Shown piece after piece: positions 8,041 through 16,994 of a stretch of DNA of 44,709 nucleotides. Location: the IMG/VR virus record IMGVR_UViG_3300017716_001690, positions 1 through 44,709 of that record; one strand, 5' to 3'. This DNA is from a virus. Lineage: Duplodnaviria; Caudoviricetes. The notes beneath the pieces are model-generated. The model saw nothing but the letters and a program-made list of their open reading frames with translations, searched no databases and was not told the DNA's origin. The position numbers and the translations under genes were made by a program. Within the stretch, counting starts at the first letter, position 1; each line of letters starts with the position of its first letter.

Positions 8041-8378
8041 CCGAGTCAGACAGCACCAAGCGCGCGCTTGCGCAAGGCGACGCCGAAACGCTCGCGCAAA
8101 TGCGCGCCGCGCCGCCCGACGCGATCTTTGTCATTCATCACCGCCGCGCCGCCGGGTACTTCACCGCGTGCGCCGAAATCGCGGAGCGTCGAGACTTGCG
8201 CCTGATATCGCTAGACGGTGTCGGCGACGGCTTCCGCTGGCGCGCTATGCGCTTCCCGCCGCCCTTCGTTGTCGATCACTACGCCGCCACGGTCGCCACG
8301 CCCGCGCAACTCGCGACGATTGCCGCGATCAACGCGACGCCCAAGGGTCTTGACCGCATGTCGGAAGACTTCGCATGA
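8037..8378 (+). CDS. hypothetical protein
   Basis: ATG 8037 with ATGA coupling on both sides. Confidence 0.6.
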   Translation: MTESDSTKRALAQGDAETLAQMRAAPPDAIFVIHHRRAAGYFTACAEIAERRDLRLISLDGVGDGFRWRAMRFPPPFVVDHYAATVATPAQLATIAAINATPKGLDRMSEDFA

Positions 8379-8557
8379 CCCCGTCCGACATGGTCCGCAG
8401 TCAGACAAAAACAATGCTGAACGTGAGTTACGGCAAGTTCCCGGCGCACAACCTGCACCCGTTGGGAGACTTCCCCGAAATCATGCGCCGCTGTTTCGGT
8501 ATCGCGGTTGATTGGCGCGCTTGGACGCGTCGCACTTGCCCGGATGACGTTCAATGA
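8375..8557 (+). CDS. hypothetical protein
   Basis: 60 aa, ATGA coupling on both sides. Confidence 0.5.
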   Translation: MTPSDMVRSQTKTMLNVSYGKFPAHNLHPLGDFPEIMRRCFGIAVDWRAWTRRTCPDDVQ

Positions 8558-9009
8558 AAACCGAATCAGTCGTACAATCCGAAATCCGCGCCGACGCCGG
8601 GGCGCAAGGCGTCTTGCTTTGGCGAAACAATCGCGGCGCGATGGAAGACCTAGACGGGCGCGTGGTCCGCTTCGGCTTGGGAAACGACAGCCCGGCGATG
8701 GACCGGCGCATAAAGTCGTCCGACCTTGTCGGGCAGGTGACAACCCGATTACTTTTCGACGGTAAGCGCATGGCGCAACCGTTGTACGTCGAGTGCAAGG
8801 CGGAAGGCTGGCGCTTCCCCGATCGTTGGCGCGGGTCGACACCCGACGAAATCGAAAAGACATTTGCGCCCGCCGACGCCGCGTTGCGCCGCACGTTGTG
8901 TCAATGGCGTTGGCTGAAACTGCACCACGACGGCGGGGCGCTTGCAGGTTTCGCACAATCCGTCGCCGACTTCCGGCGCATCCTTACAGGGGAGCTAGTC
9001 TTACCGTGA
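8554..9009 (+). CDS. VRR-NUC (PD-(D/E)xK) nuclease, putative Holliday junction resolvase
   Basis: ESVVQSEI, LWRNNRGA, VRFGL, SSDLVG, YVECKAEG, GGALAGFA. Confidence 0.85.
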   Translation: MKTESVVQSEIRADAGAQGVLLWRNNRGAMEDLDGRVVRFGLGNDSPAMDRRIKSSDLVGQVTTRLLFDGKRMAQPLYVECKAEGWRFPDRWRGSTPDEIEKTFAPADAALRRTLCQWRWLKLHHDGGALAGFAQSVADFRRILTGELVLP

Positions 9010-10169
9010 TCCGCCTTCACGCCTCCGCCCTTCCGCGTATCCTCGCTTGCCTTGGGTCGACGCAGTTTCCGCCGCTATCCCGCGAGCAACAGACCGACAG
9101 CGCGCGCGAAGGCGACGCGGCGCATTGGGTTGTCGAGTGCTACTTGCGCGCGCCGCAAGACCCGATCGCCGACACCGCGCCGAACGGCGTTCCGATTGAT
9201 GACGACATGCTTGCACACGCGCAAGCGTACGCCGACTTGATCCCGACGTTCGGGGTTTACACCGAATGGTCGTGCGATTGGTACGCGACGCGCGACATTG
9301 AAATTGCCGTGCGCGCCGATGCCGTTTGGTACGACGAACCGTCGAATACGCTTCACGTGCGCGATTACAAGTACGGGTACAGGATCGTGAACCCGGAAGG
9401 CAATTCGCAATTGCTCGCGGGCGCGATCGGGGCGCTTCGCAAACTAGCCGCCGCCGGGCGTACGTTCATACCTGATACGATTATCGACATGGGCATATAT
9501 CAGCCCCGCCCGTATCACCCGGACGGACCGGCGCGACACTGGCGCGTCACGCTGCAACAGATTGTCGCCTTGCACGACGCCATGGTTGCCGAACTCGCCA
9601 AGCTTCCCGCCGACACGCTCGCGACCGGCGACCATTGCGAGCATTGCCCCGCCGCCGTCATGGGTACGTGCCCGGCGTACCTGCTAGCCGTGAACAACGC
9701 CGTTGACGTCGCCACGCGCGGAAGTTCAATCGAGTTGCCGTTGCCCGCGATCGGGCGCGACTTGATTGTGCTGGAACGCGCCGCCGCCATGCTGAAACAA
9801 CGGCTAGACTTCGCAAAGGATATCGCCAAGCGCGCGCTAACCGCCGACGTCGCGGCGTTGCCGGGTTGGGCGCTTGAACCGCAGCATTCCAACAAGGCTT
9901 GGACGATCGAACCGGAAGCGTTGCAGGCGCTTACGAACGCGGACATATACGCGCCGCGCAAGTTGGTCACGCCCGCCGAAGCGTTGCGCCGTGGCATCCC
10001 CGAAGACGTCGTGAGCGCGAACACAAAACGGACACTAACCGGACACAAACTTGTTCGAATGTCCGCCGACGAACGCGCGCGTAAGGCGATGAAGATTGCT
10101 CCGCCTGCGGACGAACCGGCCAAGGCGAAGCGCACGCGCAAACCGAAGGCAACTGACAAAACGACTTGA
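9006..10169 (+). CDS. Cas4-like/DUF2800 PD-(D/E)xK exonuclease
   Basis: LHASALPRILACLGS, AREGDAAH, RADAV, VRDYKYG, NSQL, IYQPR, GDHCEHCPA..C; GTG start overlapping the VRR-NUC stop. Confidence 0.85.
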   Translation: MIRLHASALPRILACLGSTQFPPLSREQQTDSAREGDAAHWVVECYLRAPQDPIADTAPNGVPIDDDMLAHAQAYADLIPTFGVYTEWSCDWYATRDIEIAVRADAVWYDEPSNTLHVRDYKYGYRIVNPEGNSQLLAGAIGALRKLAAAGRTFIPDTIIDMGIYQPRPYHPDGPARHWRVTLQQIVALHDAMVAELAKLPADTLATGDHCEHCPAAVMGTCPAYLLAVNNAVDVATRGSSIELPLPAIGRDLIVLERAAAMLKQRLDFAKDIAKRALTADVAALPGWALEPQHSNKAWTIEPEALQALTNADIYAPRKLVTPAEALRRGIPEDVVSANTKRTLTGHKLVRMSADERARKAMKIAPPADEPAKAKRTRKPKATDKTT

Positions 10170-10232
10170 ACGGAAAACGATTCGCTGTTTCCTTGCGACT
10201 TATCCGAACGCAACCGCAAGGAAATAAATCTT

Positions 10233-11063
10233 ATGTCCGTCGAATACGTTTCACCCGTCGCCCGCATCGTTTGGGGTCATCCTCGCAACAGCAAAGCCGT
10301 TCTTGACGATCGCACGAAGCAACCGAAACTCAAAAAAGACAACGTCACCCCACGCCGCGAAATCACGTTCGGTATCGCAATCCCCAAAGCTGACGCGCCC
10401 GCACTTTACGCCGCAATGCAAGCCGCCGCCGCCGAGAAATTCCCGAACGGGGTTCCCGGTAACTTCGCGTGGAAGTTCAAAGATGCCGACACCCAAGCCG
10501 ACAGCAAGGGTCGTCCGCTCCGCGAGAAAGAAGGTCAAGCCGGTTGTCTGATCTTGTCGTGCCGTACCGAACTCGATTCAATCGGGAACTTCGAATACGA
10601 TCACACGGCGCAAAAATGGATCGACTGCCCGACGATCAAGTGCGGCGACCACGTTCAAGTCAAGATCGTTTTTGACGCGCACATTGCGCACACCACGAAC
10701 GAAAAACCCGGCTTGTACGTGAACCCGTCCGCAGTCATGCTTTACAAGCGTGATAAGGAAATCATGGGCGCGGCGTTCGATCCGAACGCAAACAACTTCG
10801 CACCGCCGCCGATGCAAACGCCTCCCGCCGACGCGCCTATGCCGGGCGCACCCTCCCCCGGACCCGGCTTCCCGCAACAGCAAGCACAACCGCCGCAACC
10901 GCAATACAACGCAGCACCCGCACCGCAACCGAACTTCCCGCAAGCGCCAGCACCGCAACCGCAGTTCAACGCGCCGCAAGCGCCAGCACCGCAACCGCAG
11001 TTCCCGCAAGCGCCGGTCAACCCGCACACTCAATTCTTGAGCGGACCGCGCCCGGATCAATAG
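10233..11063 (+). CDS. single-stranded DNA-binding protein (DUF2815-like) with Pro/Gln-rich C-terminal tail
   Basis: SPVARIVWG, FAWKFKDAD, PGLYVNP motifs; located between exonuclease and polymerase. Confidence 0.7.
   Translation: MSVEYVSPVARIVWGHPRNSKAVLDDRTKQPKLKKDNVTPRREITFGIAIPKADAPALYAAMQAAAAEKFPNGVPGNFAWKFKDADTQADSKGRPLREKEGQAGCLILSCRTELDSIGNFEYDHTAQKWIDCPTIKCGDHVQVKIVFDAHIAHTTNEKPGLYVNPSAVMLYKRDKEIMGAAFDPNANNFAPPPMQTPPADAPMPGAPSPGPGFPQQQAQPPQPQYNAAPAPQPNFPQAPAPQPQFNAPQAPAPQPQFPQAPVNPHTQFLSGPRPDQ
10880..11016 (+). repeat. imperfect tandem repeats encoding (QAPAPQPQF)n in the SSB tail
   Basis: Recurring GCACCGCAACCG / CAAGCGCCAGCACCGCAACCGCAGTTC units. Confidence 0.75.
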
Positions 11064-11159
11064 AATCTCCAAACGACGCCGCGCGCGCGGCTGAGTGTGA
11101 GAGGATGGGCGACGCGGTTAAAACGGCGCGTCGCCCATTTGGTTTTTGAGGGTCGACGT

Positions 11160-13169
11160 ATGCAAGTCTATTACGACATTGAAACGTACCCCAACTTTTT
11201 TTCGAGCGGGATACTTCACGCGCATTCGGATTACTACGCCGAATTTGAATGCAGCGAATACCGCGACGACAGCGAAGCAATGTTCGCGTTGCTTGGAATG
11301 CTCGCACGCGAGCGCGTCGAAATGGTCGGGTTCAATTCCGTCGGCTTCGACTATCCCGTCATCCACCATTTGATTCGCTGTTGCTTTGACGATCGCGGCG
11401 AACGGCAAGTACGGTTCGGCGTCGCGGTCGCGCAAGCCGCGTACGCAAAAGCGGAAATGATTATCAAGGGCGGCGACCGTTTCGCGAACACGATTTGGGA
11501 AGCCGATCGGATCATACCGCAAATCGACTTGTTCAAGCTGAACCACTTCGACAACATGGCGAAGGCGACAAGCCTCAAAGTCCTACAGTTCACAATGCGC
11601 GCCGACAGCGTGGAAGACTTGCCGATTGAGCCGGGAACGTTTCTCACTCGCGAGCAAGCGGACGAAACGCGCCGGTACATGCGACACGACATTGACGAAA
11701 CAAAACGGTTCGGCGACTTGTGCGCGCCTGAAATCGAATTCCGCCGCACCATGCTTCGCGAAATGTCGGGCGACGTGCTCAATTGGTCGGACGTCAAGAT
11801 TGGCGCGGAGTACCTGATACAGCGACTCGGGAAGAAGTTGTGTTATGAGTACGACAAGAACAACGATCGCCAGCCGCGCCAGACCAAGCGCCCGTCAATC
11901 AAGGTCGCCGATATCCTGTTCCCGTACCTGCGGTTCAACCGTCCCGAATGCGTCGCGTTGCTTGAACGCTTCCGCGCCCGGACGATCACGAACACCAAGG
12001 CGAGCGTATCGGATAGTGTCACGCTGAACGGCTTTCAATTCGACTTCGGTTCCGGCGGCGTGCACGGGTCGGTGAGTAAGCGCGCTTTCAAGGCGTCGCC
12101 CGGCGTGCTGATAGTCGACGCGGACGTGACGTCGCTATATCCGTCGATCGCTATCGAGAACGGACTAGCGCCGGAACACTTGGGGGAACCGTACGTGCGC
12201 GAGTACCGCGCCTTGCGGGAGGAACGCCGCAAGACGTCCAAGGGCGACCCACGCAACGCCGCGCTTAAGCTGGCGCTGAACGGCACGTACGGCAACACGA
12301 ACAACGAATGGTCGCCGTTCTATGACCCGCAATACACCATGGCGACCACGATCAACGGTCAGTTACTCTTGCTCATGCTCGCGGAGCGGTTGCTTGACGG
12401 CGTGCCGGGCCTAGAATTGATCCAGATCAACACGGACGGGTTGACCGCTACCCTACCCGCCGCCGCGCTTCCCGCCTATCAGGCGCTTTGCAGCGCGTGG
12501 GAAGCCGAAACGCGCTTGGCGCTGGAATATGTGAACTATTCCGCCATGTACGTCCGCGACGTCAACAATTACCTTTCGGTGTCAACCGCCGGGAAGATCA
12601 AGGCAAAGGGCGCGTACGCCTATCCGCACAACCTTGCCGAGTACGCGGGTTGGTGGCATCGGGACTATTCCGCAATGTGCGTGCAAAAGGCGGCGGAGGC
12701 GCACCTAGTCCGGGGCGTGCCGGTTGAGATTGCGATACGCGACAACACCGACCCGTTTGACTTTATGTGCCGGTTCAAAACCCCGCGTTCGTCCAAGCTG
12801 TTGCACGGCGACCGGGAAGTGCAGCGCGTCTGCCGGTACTATGTCTCGCGCCCGGAACTTGGCGGCTTGCCGCTCGTCAAGCAATCGCCGCCGCCGGAAC
12901 ATTGGTACTCGCAACCGGGTTGGTTCAAGCGCAAGAGCAAGCTAGACGACAAGTTTTTTAACGACGTCATGCGCGAGCACAACCTAGTCGGCACGACGTG
13001 GGACGAACGGATACACACCGGCAACAAGTCGACGTACGGCGATCGGGAAATCAGCGTGTGCGAGTCGGCGCGGATATGCAACCGGGCGTCCGACTTCGAT
13101 TGGCGCGGCGTCGATTACGAATGGTATATCGCGGAGACGTTGAAGCTAGTCGATTGCTTCACGCCTTGA
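11160..13169 (+). CDS. DNA polymerase, family B (3'-5' exonuclease plus polymerase)
   Basis: ExoI YDIET, ExoII GFNSVGFD, ExoIII YMRHD; Pol motifs DADVTSLYPS, KLALNGTYG, QINTDG. Confidence 0.92.
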   Translation: MQVYYDIETYPNFFSSGILHAHSDYYAEFECSEYRDDSEAMFALLGMLARERVEMVGFNSVGFDYPVIHHLIRCCFDDRGERQVRFGVAVAQAAYAKAEMIIKGGDRFANTIWEADRIIPQIDLFKLNHFDNMAKATSLKVLQFTMRADSVEDLPIEPGTFLTREQADETRRYMRHDIDETKRFGDLCAPEIEFRRTMLREMSGDVLNWSDVKIGAEYLIQRLGKKLCYEYDKNNDRQPRQTKRPSIKVADILFPYLRFNRPECVALLERFRARTITNTKASVSDSVTLNGFQFDFGSGGVHGSVSKRAFKASPGVLIVDADVTSLYPSIAIENGLAPEHLGEPYVREYRALREERRKTSKGDPRNAALKLALNGTYGNTNNEWSPFYDPQYTMATTINGQLLLLMLAERLLDGVPGLELIQINTDGLTATLPAAALPAYQALCSAWEAETRLALEYVNYSAMYVRDVNNYLSVSTAGKIKAKGAYAYPHNLAEYAGWWHRDYSAMCVQKAAEAHLVRGVPVEIAIRDNTDPFDFMCRFKTPRSSKLLHGDREVQRVCRYYVSRPELGGLPLVKQSPPPEHWYSQPGWFKRKSKLDDKFFNDVMREHNLVGTTWDERIHTGNKSTYGDREISVCESARICNRASDFDWRGVDYEWYIAETLKLVDCFTP

Positions 13170-13647
13170 CCCTCCGCTTAGACGGCTTGCCCGCCTTCGT
13201 AAGCGTCGCCTGATATTCCAGCGCCGCCGTTACCTTGGCTTGCTTGCTCGCGGCGTCGTGCGAAATCCGCACGCCGTCCTGAGTGTTCGCGCCGAAGCCG
13301 TAGCGTCGACCCTTGCGGACACACCAAAGCGTGAAGGTCGAGCAATCAACCCACGAACCATCCGGCTTGCGGTACTTCGCGTCGGAACCGTTTTGCACTT
13401 CCGACACGGGAGCCCAAAAACTAATGTCGTGGAATTCGAACCGGATCACGTCGCCGACTTTGATTTGTTCGGCGGGAACCTTCAACGAAGCCGTGAGGAA
13501 CTTTGCCGCCGCGAGTCCGCGCGCGGTGAATTGCTCGCCTTTGCCGTTGCAACCGTAACACGTGTCGCGGTCTTTCAGGTTGAACGAATAGCGACCCGAA
13601 CCGCCGCAGCGGGTGCAGGTTTGTTTTTCAAAAACGGTATCGAGCAT
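13159..13647 (-). CDS. hypothetical protein with N-terminal CxxCxGxG zinc finger
   Basis: CTRCGGSG..CYGCNGKG; GGGAGA RBS. Confidence 0.75.
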   Translation of the reverse strand: MLDTVFEKQTCTRCGGSGRYSFNLKDRDTCYGCNGKGEQFTARGLAAAKFLTASLKVPAEQIKVGDVIRFEFHDISFWAPVSEVQNGSDAKYRKPDGSWVDCSTFTLWCVRKGRRYGFGANTQDGVRISHDAASKQAKVTAALEYQATLTKAGKPSKRRVKA

Positions 13648-13688
13648 GTGACAGTCTCCCTTGTGTCTCGCGACTATGGGCGCAACAG

Positions 13689-13704
13689 GTTAAGAAGACG
13701 TTAA
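13689..13704 (-). promoter_or_regulatory. full CtrA consensus box TTAA-N7-TTAAC
   Basis: Minus strand reads TTAA CGTCTTC TTAAC, then CTGTTGCGCCCATAGT and a GGGAGA RBS. Confidence 0.7.
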
Positions 13705-14220
13705 AGCCGGTTCCCACATTTTGACAAATCGCACGCCGTGCAATTCGTACGACGCCCGCAGGTTGTCCGCCGCCGCGTCGCCGCACATGACGCGGATTAG
13801 GTACAACTGCACCGCCGCGAATTGCGGTCCGTGCGCTTCGATCAATTCCCAACCGAAGTAACGCCCGGCGATCACGTGCGCGAGTTCGTGCAGCGCAATG
13901 ACCTTCGACCGTGCTTCCGTCCCGAGACGAATACGCCCGGTCGTGTAGGACGCGGACGCCCCGCGCCCGGCATAGTACGCCGACACCTTGGCGCACGCAC
14001 TACGGCCAAACGTGGCGCGAATGGCGGGGTGTGCAAGCGTCTCGTCTAGAAAGGCTTGCGCGGCTTCATCGGTCGGAAGTTCGCCGGTCGTGTATGTGTA
14101 GTGTTCGCCGGTACCGCGTACGGCGTTGCACCATGCGAACGCTTCGGATGCGTACAGCTTGCCAACCTGCGAGTCACGGGGCGCGCCGCTGCGGCGCTTG
14201 GCGGGTTTCTTCGCGGGCAT
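13690..14220 (-). CDS. SprT-like zinc metallopeptidase domain protein
   Basis: IALHELAHV (HExxH) and HGPQF third-ligand motif. Confidence 0.75.
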   Translation of the reverse strand: MPAKKPAKRRSGAPRDSQVGKLYASEAFAWCNAVRGTGEHYTYTTGELPTDEAAQAFLDETLAHPAIRATFGRSACAKVSAYYAGRGASASYTTGRIRLGTEARSKVIALHELAHVIAGRYFGWELIEAHGPQFAAVQLYLIRVMCGDAAADNLRASYELHGVRFVKMWEPALTSS

Positions 14221-14450
14221 TAGCGTTGCTCCCCAATGTATTGCGCAACCGCGTACGCGTCGTTCATGTCGACTTCGCGGACCGGTTCAATCAGCTTGCC
14301 GCCGTGCGGCTTGATCATGCGAGCGAAGCGCCCGGCGGCTTCGCGGCGGGTCGCGACCTTCACCGACAGCGTTTGAACGCCGCCGTTCGGGTAACGCACG
14401 GCGGTTCCGAACCACACCGGCTTATACGCGTCAGGAATTCCGTAAGCCAT
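14220..14450 (-). CDS. hypothetical protein
   Basis: GGGAGA RBS, ATG 14450, TAATG coupling to the next gene. Confidence 0.65.
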   Translation of the reverse strand: MAYGIPDAYKPVWFGTAVRYPNGGVQTLSVKVATRREAAGRFARMIKPHGGKLIEPVREVDMNDAYAVAQYIGEQR

Positions 14451-14508
14451 TTTCAAGTCTCCCATGTGGCGGTGTCCGCCGTTGATCAGTCCGTTATAGG
14501 CGCAACAG

Positions 14509-14524
14509 GTTAAGGCTTCGTTAC
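14509..14524 (-). promoter_or_regulatory. CtrA-like box GTAA-N7-TTAAC
   Basis: GTAA CGAAGCC TTAAC CTGTTGCGCC TATAAC on the minus strand. Confidence 0.65.
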
Positions 14525-14526
14525 GC

Positions 14527-14766
14527 TTACCCCTGTTTCCCGGCGCTGATCACGGGCGACATGGAGTACCGGCCCCACGGGTCGCAACGTTCGGCGTTGT
14601 CGTACGTGCAGACCTTCACGCCAAGGCGCTTGATCTTGCCGCCAACTTCGGCGGTGATGAATTTCGCGGTGCGCGACAGCACCTTGATTGTGATTATGCA
14701 ATCATGGTCGCAAACCGAGCGCGTCCAATACGACTTACCGGCTTCGAATTTTGTAACGTCGTTCAT
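14527..14766 (-). CDS. hypothetical protein
   Basis: AAGGGAGA RBS, ATG 14766. Confidence 0.7.
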   Translation of the reverse strand: MNDVTKFEAGKSYWTRSVCDHDCIITIKVLSRTAKFITAEVGGKIKRLGVKVCTYDNAERCDPWGRYSMSPVISAGKQG

Positions 14767-14806
14767 GTGGTGTCTCCCTTGTGTCTGTCCTTTATGGACT
14801 AGACGT

Positions 14807-14822
14807 CTTAAGATTTCGTTAC
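14807..14822 (-). promoter_or_regulatory. CtrA-like box GTAA-N7-TTAAG
   Basis: GTAA CGAAATC TTAAG, with similar spacing to the RBS as the other copies. Confidence 0.6.
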
Positions 14823-15019
14823 GCGTCCCACGCAACCGACGTCGGATCGTTGTGCCCCGCGAGGAACGCGGCTTGGACGCGCTTTTCCGCGTCGCTGTAG
14901 GGTTCCACGTCCATCCCGTTCAAGTTGTCCCAACGCTTGCCGCCGACGTACCCGACAAGGTTGCCGTACGCGTTGCGCTTCGTGGTGCGTTTGCCGGTCA
15001 TGTCGCGAAGTTCGGTCAT
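14819..15019 (-). CDS. hypothetical protein
   Basis: AAGGGAGA RBS, 66 aa. Confidence 0.7.
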   Translation of the reverse strand: MTELRDMTGKRTTKRNAYGNLVGYVGGKRWDNLNGMDVEPYSDAEKRVQAAFLAGHNDPTSVAWDA

Positions 15020-15060
15020 GTGTCTGTCTCCCTTTGATCAGACGAGTATGGGCGCAACAG

Positions 15061-15076
15061 GTTAAGCGACCGTTGC
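15061..15076 (-). promoter_or_regulatory. CtrA-like box GCAA-N7-TTAAC
   Basis: GCAA CGGTCGC TTAAC CTGTTGCGCCCATACT. Confidence 0.55.
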
Positions 15077-15229
15077 GCGGTACACGAACTTTCCGTCGAC
15101 TTCGAATTGTTCCAGCTTGCCCGAACGGACCAACTTAAGAACCGCCGCGACGCGGAAGCCGTCACCGGGGCGAAGCGAAAACGATCCGGTCGCTTCGACA
15201 ATCGCGAGAATTTTTTGAACTTGGGTCAT
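15062..15229 (-). CDS. hypothetical protein (MTQVQKILAIVEA...)
   Basis: AAGGGAGA RBS, ATG 15229. Confidence 0.65.
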   Translation of the reverse strand: MTQVQKILAIVEATGSFSLRPGDGFRVAAVLKLVRSGKLEQFEVDGKFVYRATVA

Positions 15230-15270
15230 GTCGGCGTCTCCCTTTGATATGAAGACCATACGCCCCTTTC

Positions 15271-15286
15271 GTTCCCAAGTCGTTAA
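15271..15286 (-). promoter_or_regulatory. CtrA-like box TTAA-CGACTTG-GGAAC
   Basis: Member of the repeated promoter motif family. Confidence 0.6.
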
Positions 15287-15318
15287 CGCCGGGACGATTT
15301 TACGCGCCCCGGCGCTTT

Positions 15319-15531
15319 TTATTTGCGAGGATTGTTCCGCGCCCATTCGACGGCTTCGGCGCGGTCTTTCGACTGAAACACCGTGTTGCACTTCCGGGGC
15401 ATGTAAACGTGAAACGTCATCACGTTGTGTTCGTCCGTGTGAACCGACGAACCCCAACCGAACGCCTTGACTTCGGCATGAAAGGCGCGGGCGACTTTGT
15501 CGGCGGCGGCGAAGGGGTTTTGATTGCGCAT
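15319..15531 (-). CDS. hypothetical protein
   Basis: CGGGAGA RBS, 70 aa. Confidence 0.7.
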   Translation of the reverse strand: MRNQNPFAAADKVARAFHAEVKAFGWGSSVHTDEHNVMTFHVYMPRKCNTVFQSKDRAEAVEWARNNPRK

Positions 15532-15575
15532 GTGAAAGTCTCCCGTTGCTGATCTAGAGAGACTACACCCGCCCG

Positions 15576-15591
15576 GTTGCTAAGTCGTTAA
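15576..15591 (-). promoter_or_regulatory. CtrA-like box TTAA-CGACTTA-GCAAC inside an inverted repeat
   Basis: Flanked by CCCGCCCGG / CCGGGCGGG arms. Confidence 0.6.
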
Positions 15592-15611
15592 CAGCCGGGC
15601 GGGGTCGCGAA

Positions 15612-15890
15612 TTATTTTTGCTCCGCGTCGATGATATCGAAGATCGCGTTGACACCCTTTTCCGACAACCAAAAAATGTGTCCGTTGCCGTCGTTGTCGT
15701 CGCCGTTGCCCATGCCTTTAGCTTCCAGCGAACCGATCAATTGCGCGGCGGCGTGGCGGTTGATCTTAAGACCGGTCATGAATTCGTATTGACCACCGTT
15801 CGAAAAGTTGTCCGACAGTTGCGAAGCGCGGTTGTCATAGTTGAGGCAAATCTTAAGCGCGGCGACTTCGTTTGCGGTAAGGTTGGTCAT
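15612..15890 (-). CDS. hypothetical protein (possible winged-helix; MTNLTANEVAALK...)
   Basis: CAACAGGGAGA RBS, ATG 15890; the longer upstream extension overlaps another gene and the promoter. Confidence 0.7.
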   Translation of the reverse strand: MTNLTANEVAALKICLNYDNRASQLSDNFSNGGQYEFMTGLKINRHAAAQLIGSLEAKGMGNGDDNDGNGHIFWLSEKGVNAIFDIIDAEQK

Positions 15891-15931
15891 GTGGTGTCTC
15901 CCTGTTGATTGGGAGACTATGCCCGACATTC

Positions 15932-15947
15932 GTTGCCAAGTCGTTAA
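15932..15947 (-). promoter_or_regulatory. CtrA-like box TTAA-CGACTTG-GCAAC
   Basis: Identical to the copies at 4586 and 44458. Confidence 0.65.
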
Positions 15948-16038
15948 AATTCGGGAGCGACGTACCCATTTTGGGTGTTGGCCGTTCGTTCCGGTTTTGT
16001 TCCCGGTTCGTTCACGATACGTTCGCGTTTGTTCCGCG

Positions 16039-16575
16039 CTAGGGTTCGTACGTCCCGGCGGCGATCTCCGCGAGTATTTCGCGTTCAACGAGTTCCGCCG
16101 CGCGCCATAGCACTTTGACCGAATGGCGTTGCCCGTCCGCGTCGCGCGTCCCGGCTTGCAGCAGGTGGCGCAACAGTTCGTTGCCTTCGCCGATCGACTT
16201 CGACTTGTCCCAATGCACCGGTTCGCCGGGGTTGTGTTGTTCGTTCGCGATATGCGAGCAACGCGACGCCGCCGCGTGCGCGTGCGGGAAGTAGCGAAGC
16301 CATCCCGTAAAGAGCGGGTATTCTTTCCGATCGGGCGCGGGGAACAGGGTGTCAGAAATTTGTGCACATTTATCCGACGCAGCGGGTAAAGCGGACTTAT
16401 CCGCTACAGCGGCTTGCACTACGGGAATGGTTCGTGTGGTGTAAGAATGAAACGCGCAATCGGGAGAAACGCCCGGTGTAGGTCCGCCGACTTCGTATCC
16501 GTCCCAACAGGTGCAACGCGGCTTGGCGGCGCGCGCGGCTTGGTCGCGAAGGTAATCCGATTCGCCCGAACTCAT
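16039..16575 (-). CDS. putative dATP/dGTP diphosphohydrolase-like (DUF5664-like) protein
   Basis: RKEYP..YFP..NEQHNPG..HWDKSKS..LLRHL..DADGQRH..WRA pattern typical of this phage family. Confidence 0.5.
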   Translation of the reverse strand: MSSGESDYLRDQAARAAKPRCTCWDGYEVGGPTPGVSPDCAFHSYTTRTIPVVQAAVADKSALPAASDKCAQISDTLFPAPDRKEYPLFTGWLRYFPHAHAAASRCSHIANEQHNPGEPVHWDKSKSIGEGNELLRHLLQAGTRDADGQRHSVKVLWRAAELVEREILAEIAAGTYEP

Positions 16576-16994
16576 GACTTCACCGCCAAGTACGCGACCA
16601 ATTCGTCAACACTGAAAACGACACGTTCGGCAAACGCGTGCATGATATCCAGCCGTTCCGGTTCGCCGTCCATTAGAATGATACCGCGCCCGCCCGACCC
16701 GGCGACGTAACCTAGTTCAAGGTGAGCCGACTTCCCACCGGGCATAACCAACACGGCGACGTCGCTTCGGTCTAGGTGGCGCTTATCGAAGTTGAACACG
16801 TGTTGCACCGCGTAAGAGCGTAACGCGGTGTTGTAATCTTGACCACGCGCGCGGAGATAATCGCGCATGTGGTCGTCGGCTTCCGGTCCCGCGCTATGCC
16901 AATCGTCAAACACTTCATGTCCCGCCGCGCGCAACGTCGCGGCGATCGTCGGAACATTCGGATTGCGAAGCGACCCGATCAGATAGACGCGCAT
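16572..16994 (-). CDS. nucleoside 2-deoxyribosyltransferase / nucleotide N-glycosidase-like protein
   Basis: MRVYLIGS, GHEVFD, FDKRHLDRSDVAVLV, GKSAHLELGY motifs; TGATG coupling. Confidence 0.75.
   Translation of the reverse strand: MRVYLIGSLRNPNVPTIAATLRAAGHEVFDDWHSAGPEADDHMRDYLRARGQDYNTALRSYAVQHVFNFDKRHLDRSDVAVLVMPGGKSAHLELGYVAGSGGRGIILMDGEPERLDIMHAFAERVVFSVDELVAYLAVKS

Noticed and set aside
9006-10169. Cas4-like nuclease as evidence of a CRISPR system
   Set aside because: Common stand-alone phage exonuclease in a replication module; no repeat-spacer array or other cas genes seen
13660-15950. Repeated intergenic motifs as a CRISPR array or integron attC sites
   Set aside because: The repeats are degenerate, irregularly spaced and separated by whole genes, and they carry RBS and promoter features; no integrase is present
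16039-16575. Z-genome (2-aminoadenine) or other base-substitution pathway
   Set aside because: No PurZ, DatZ or queuosine-pathway genes recognised, and the apparent restriction-site avoidance argues against global DNA modification
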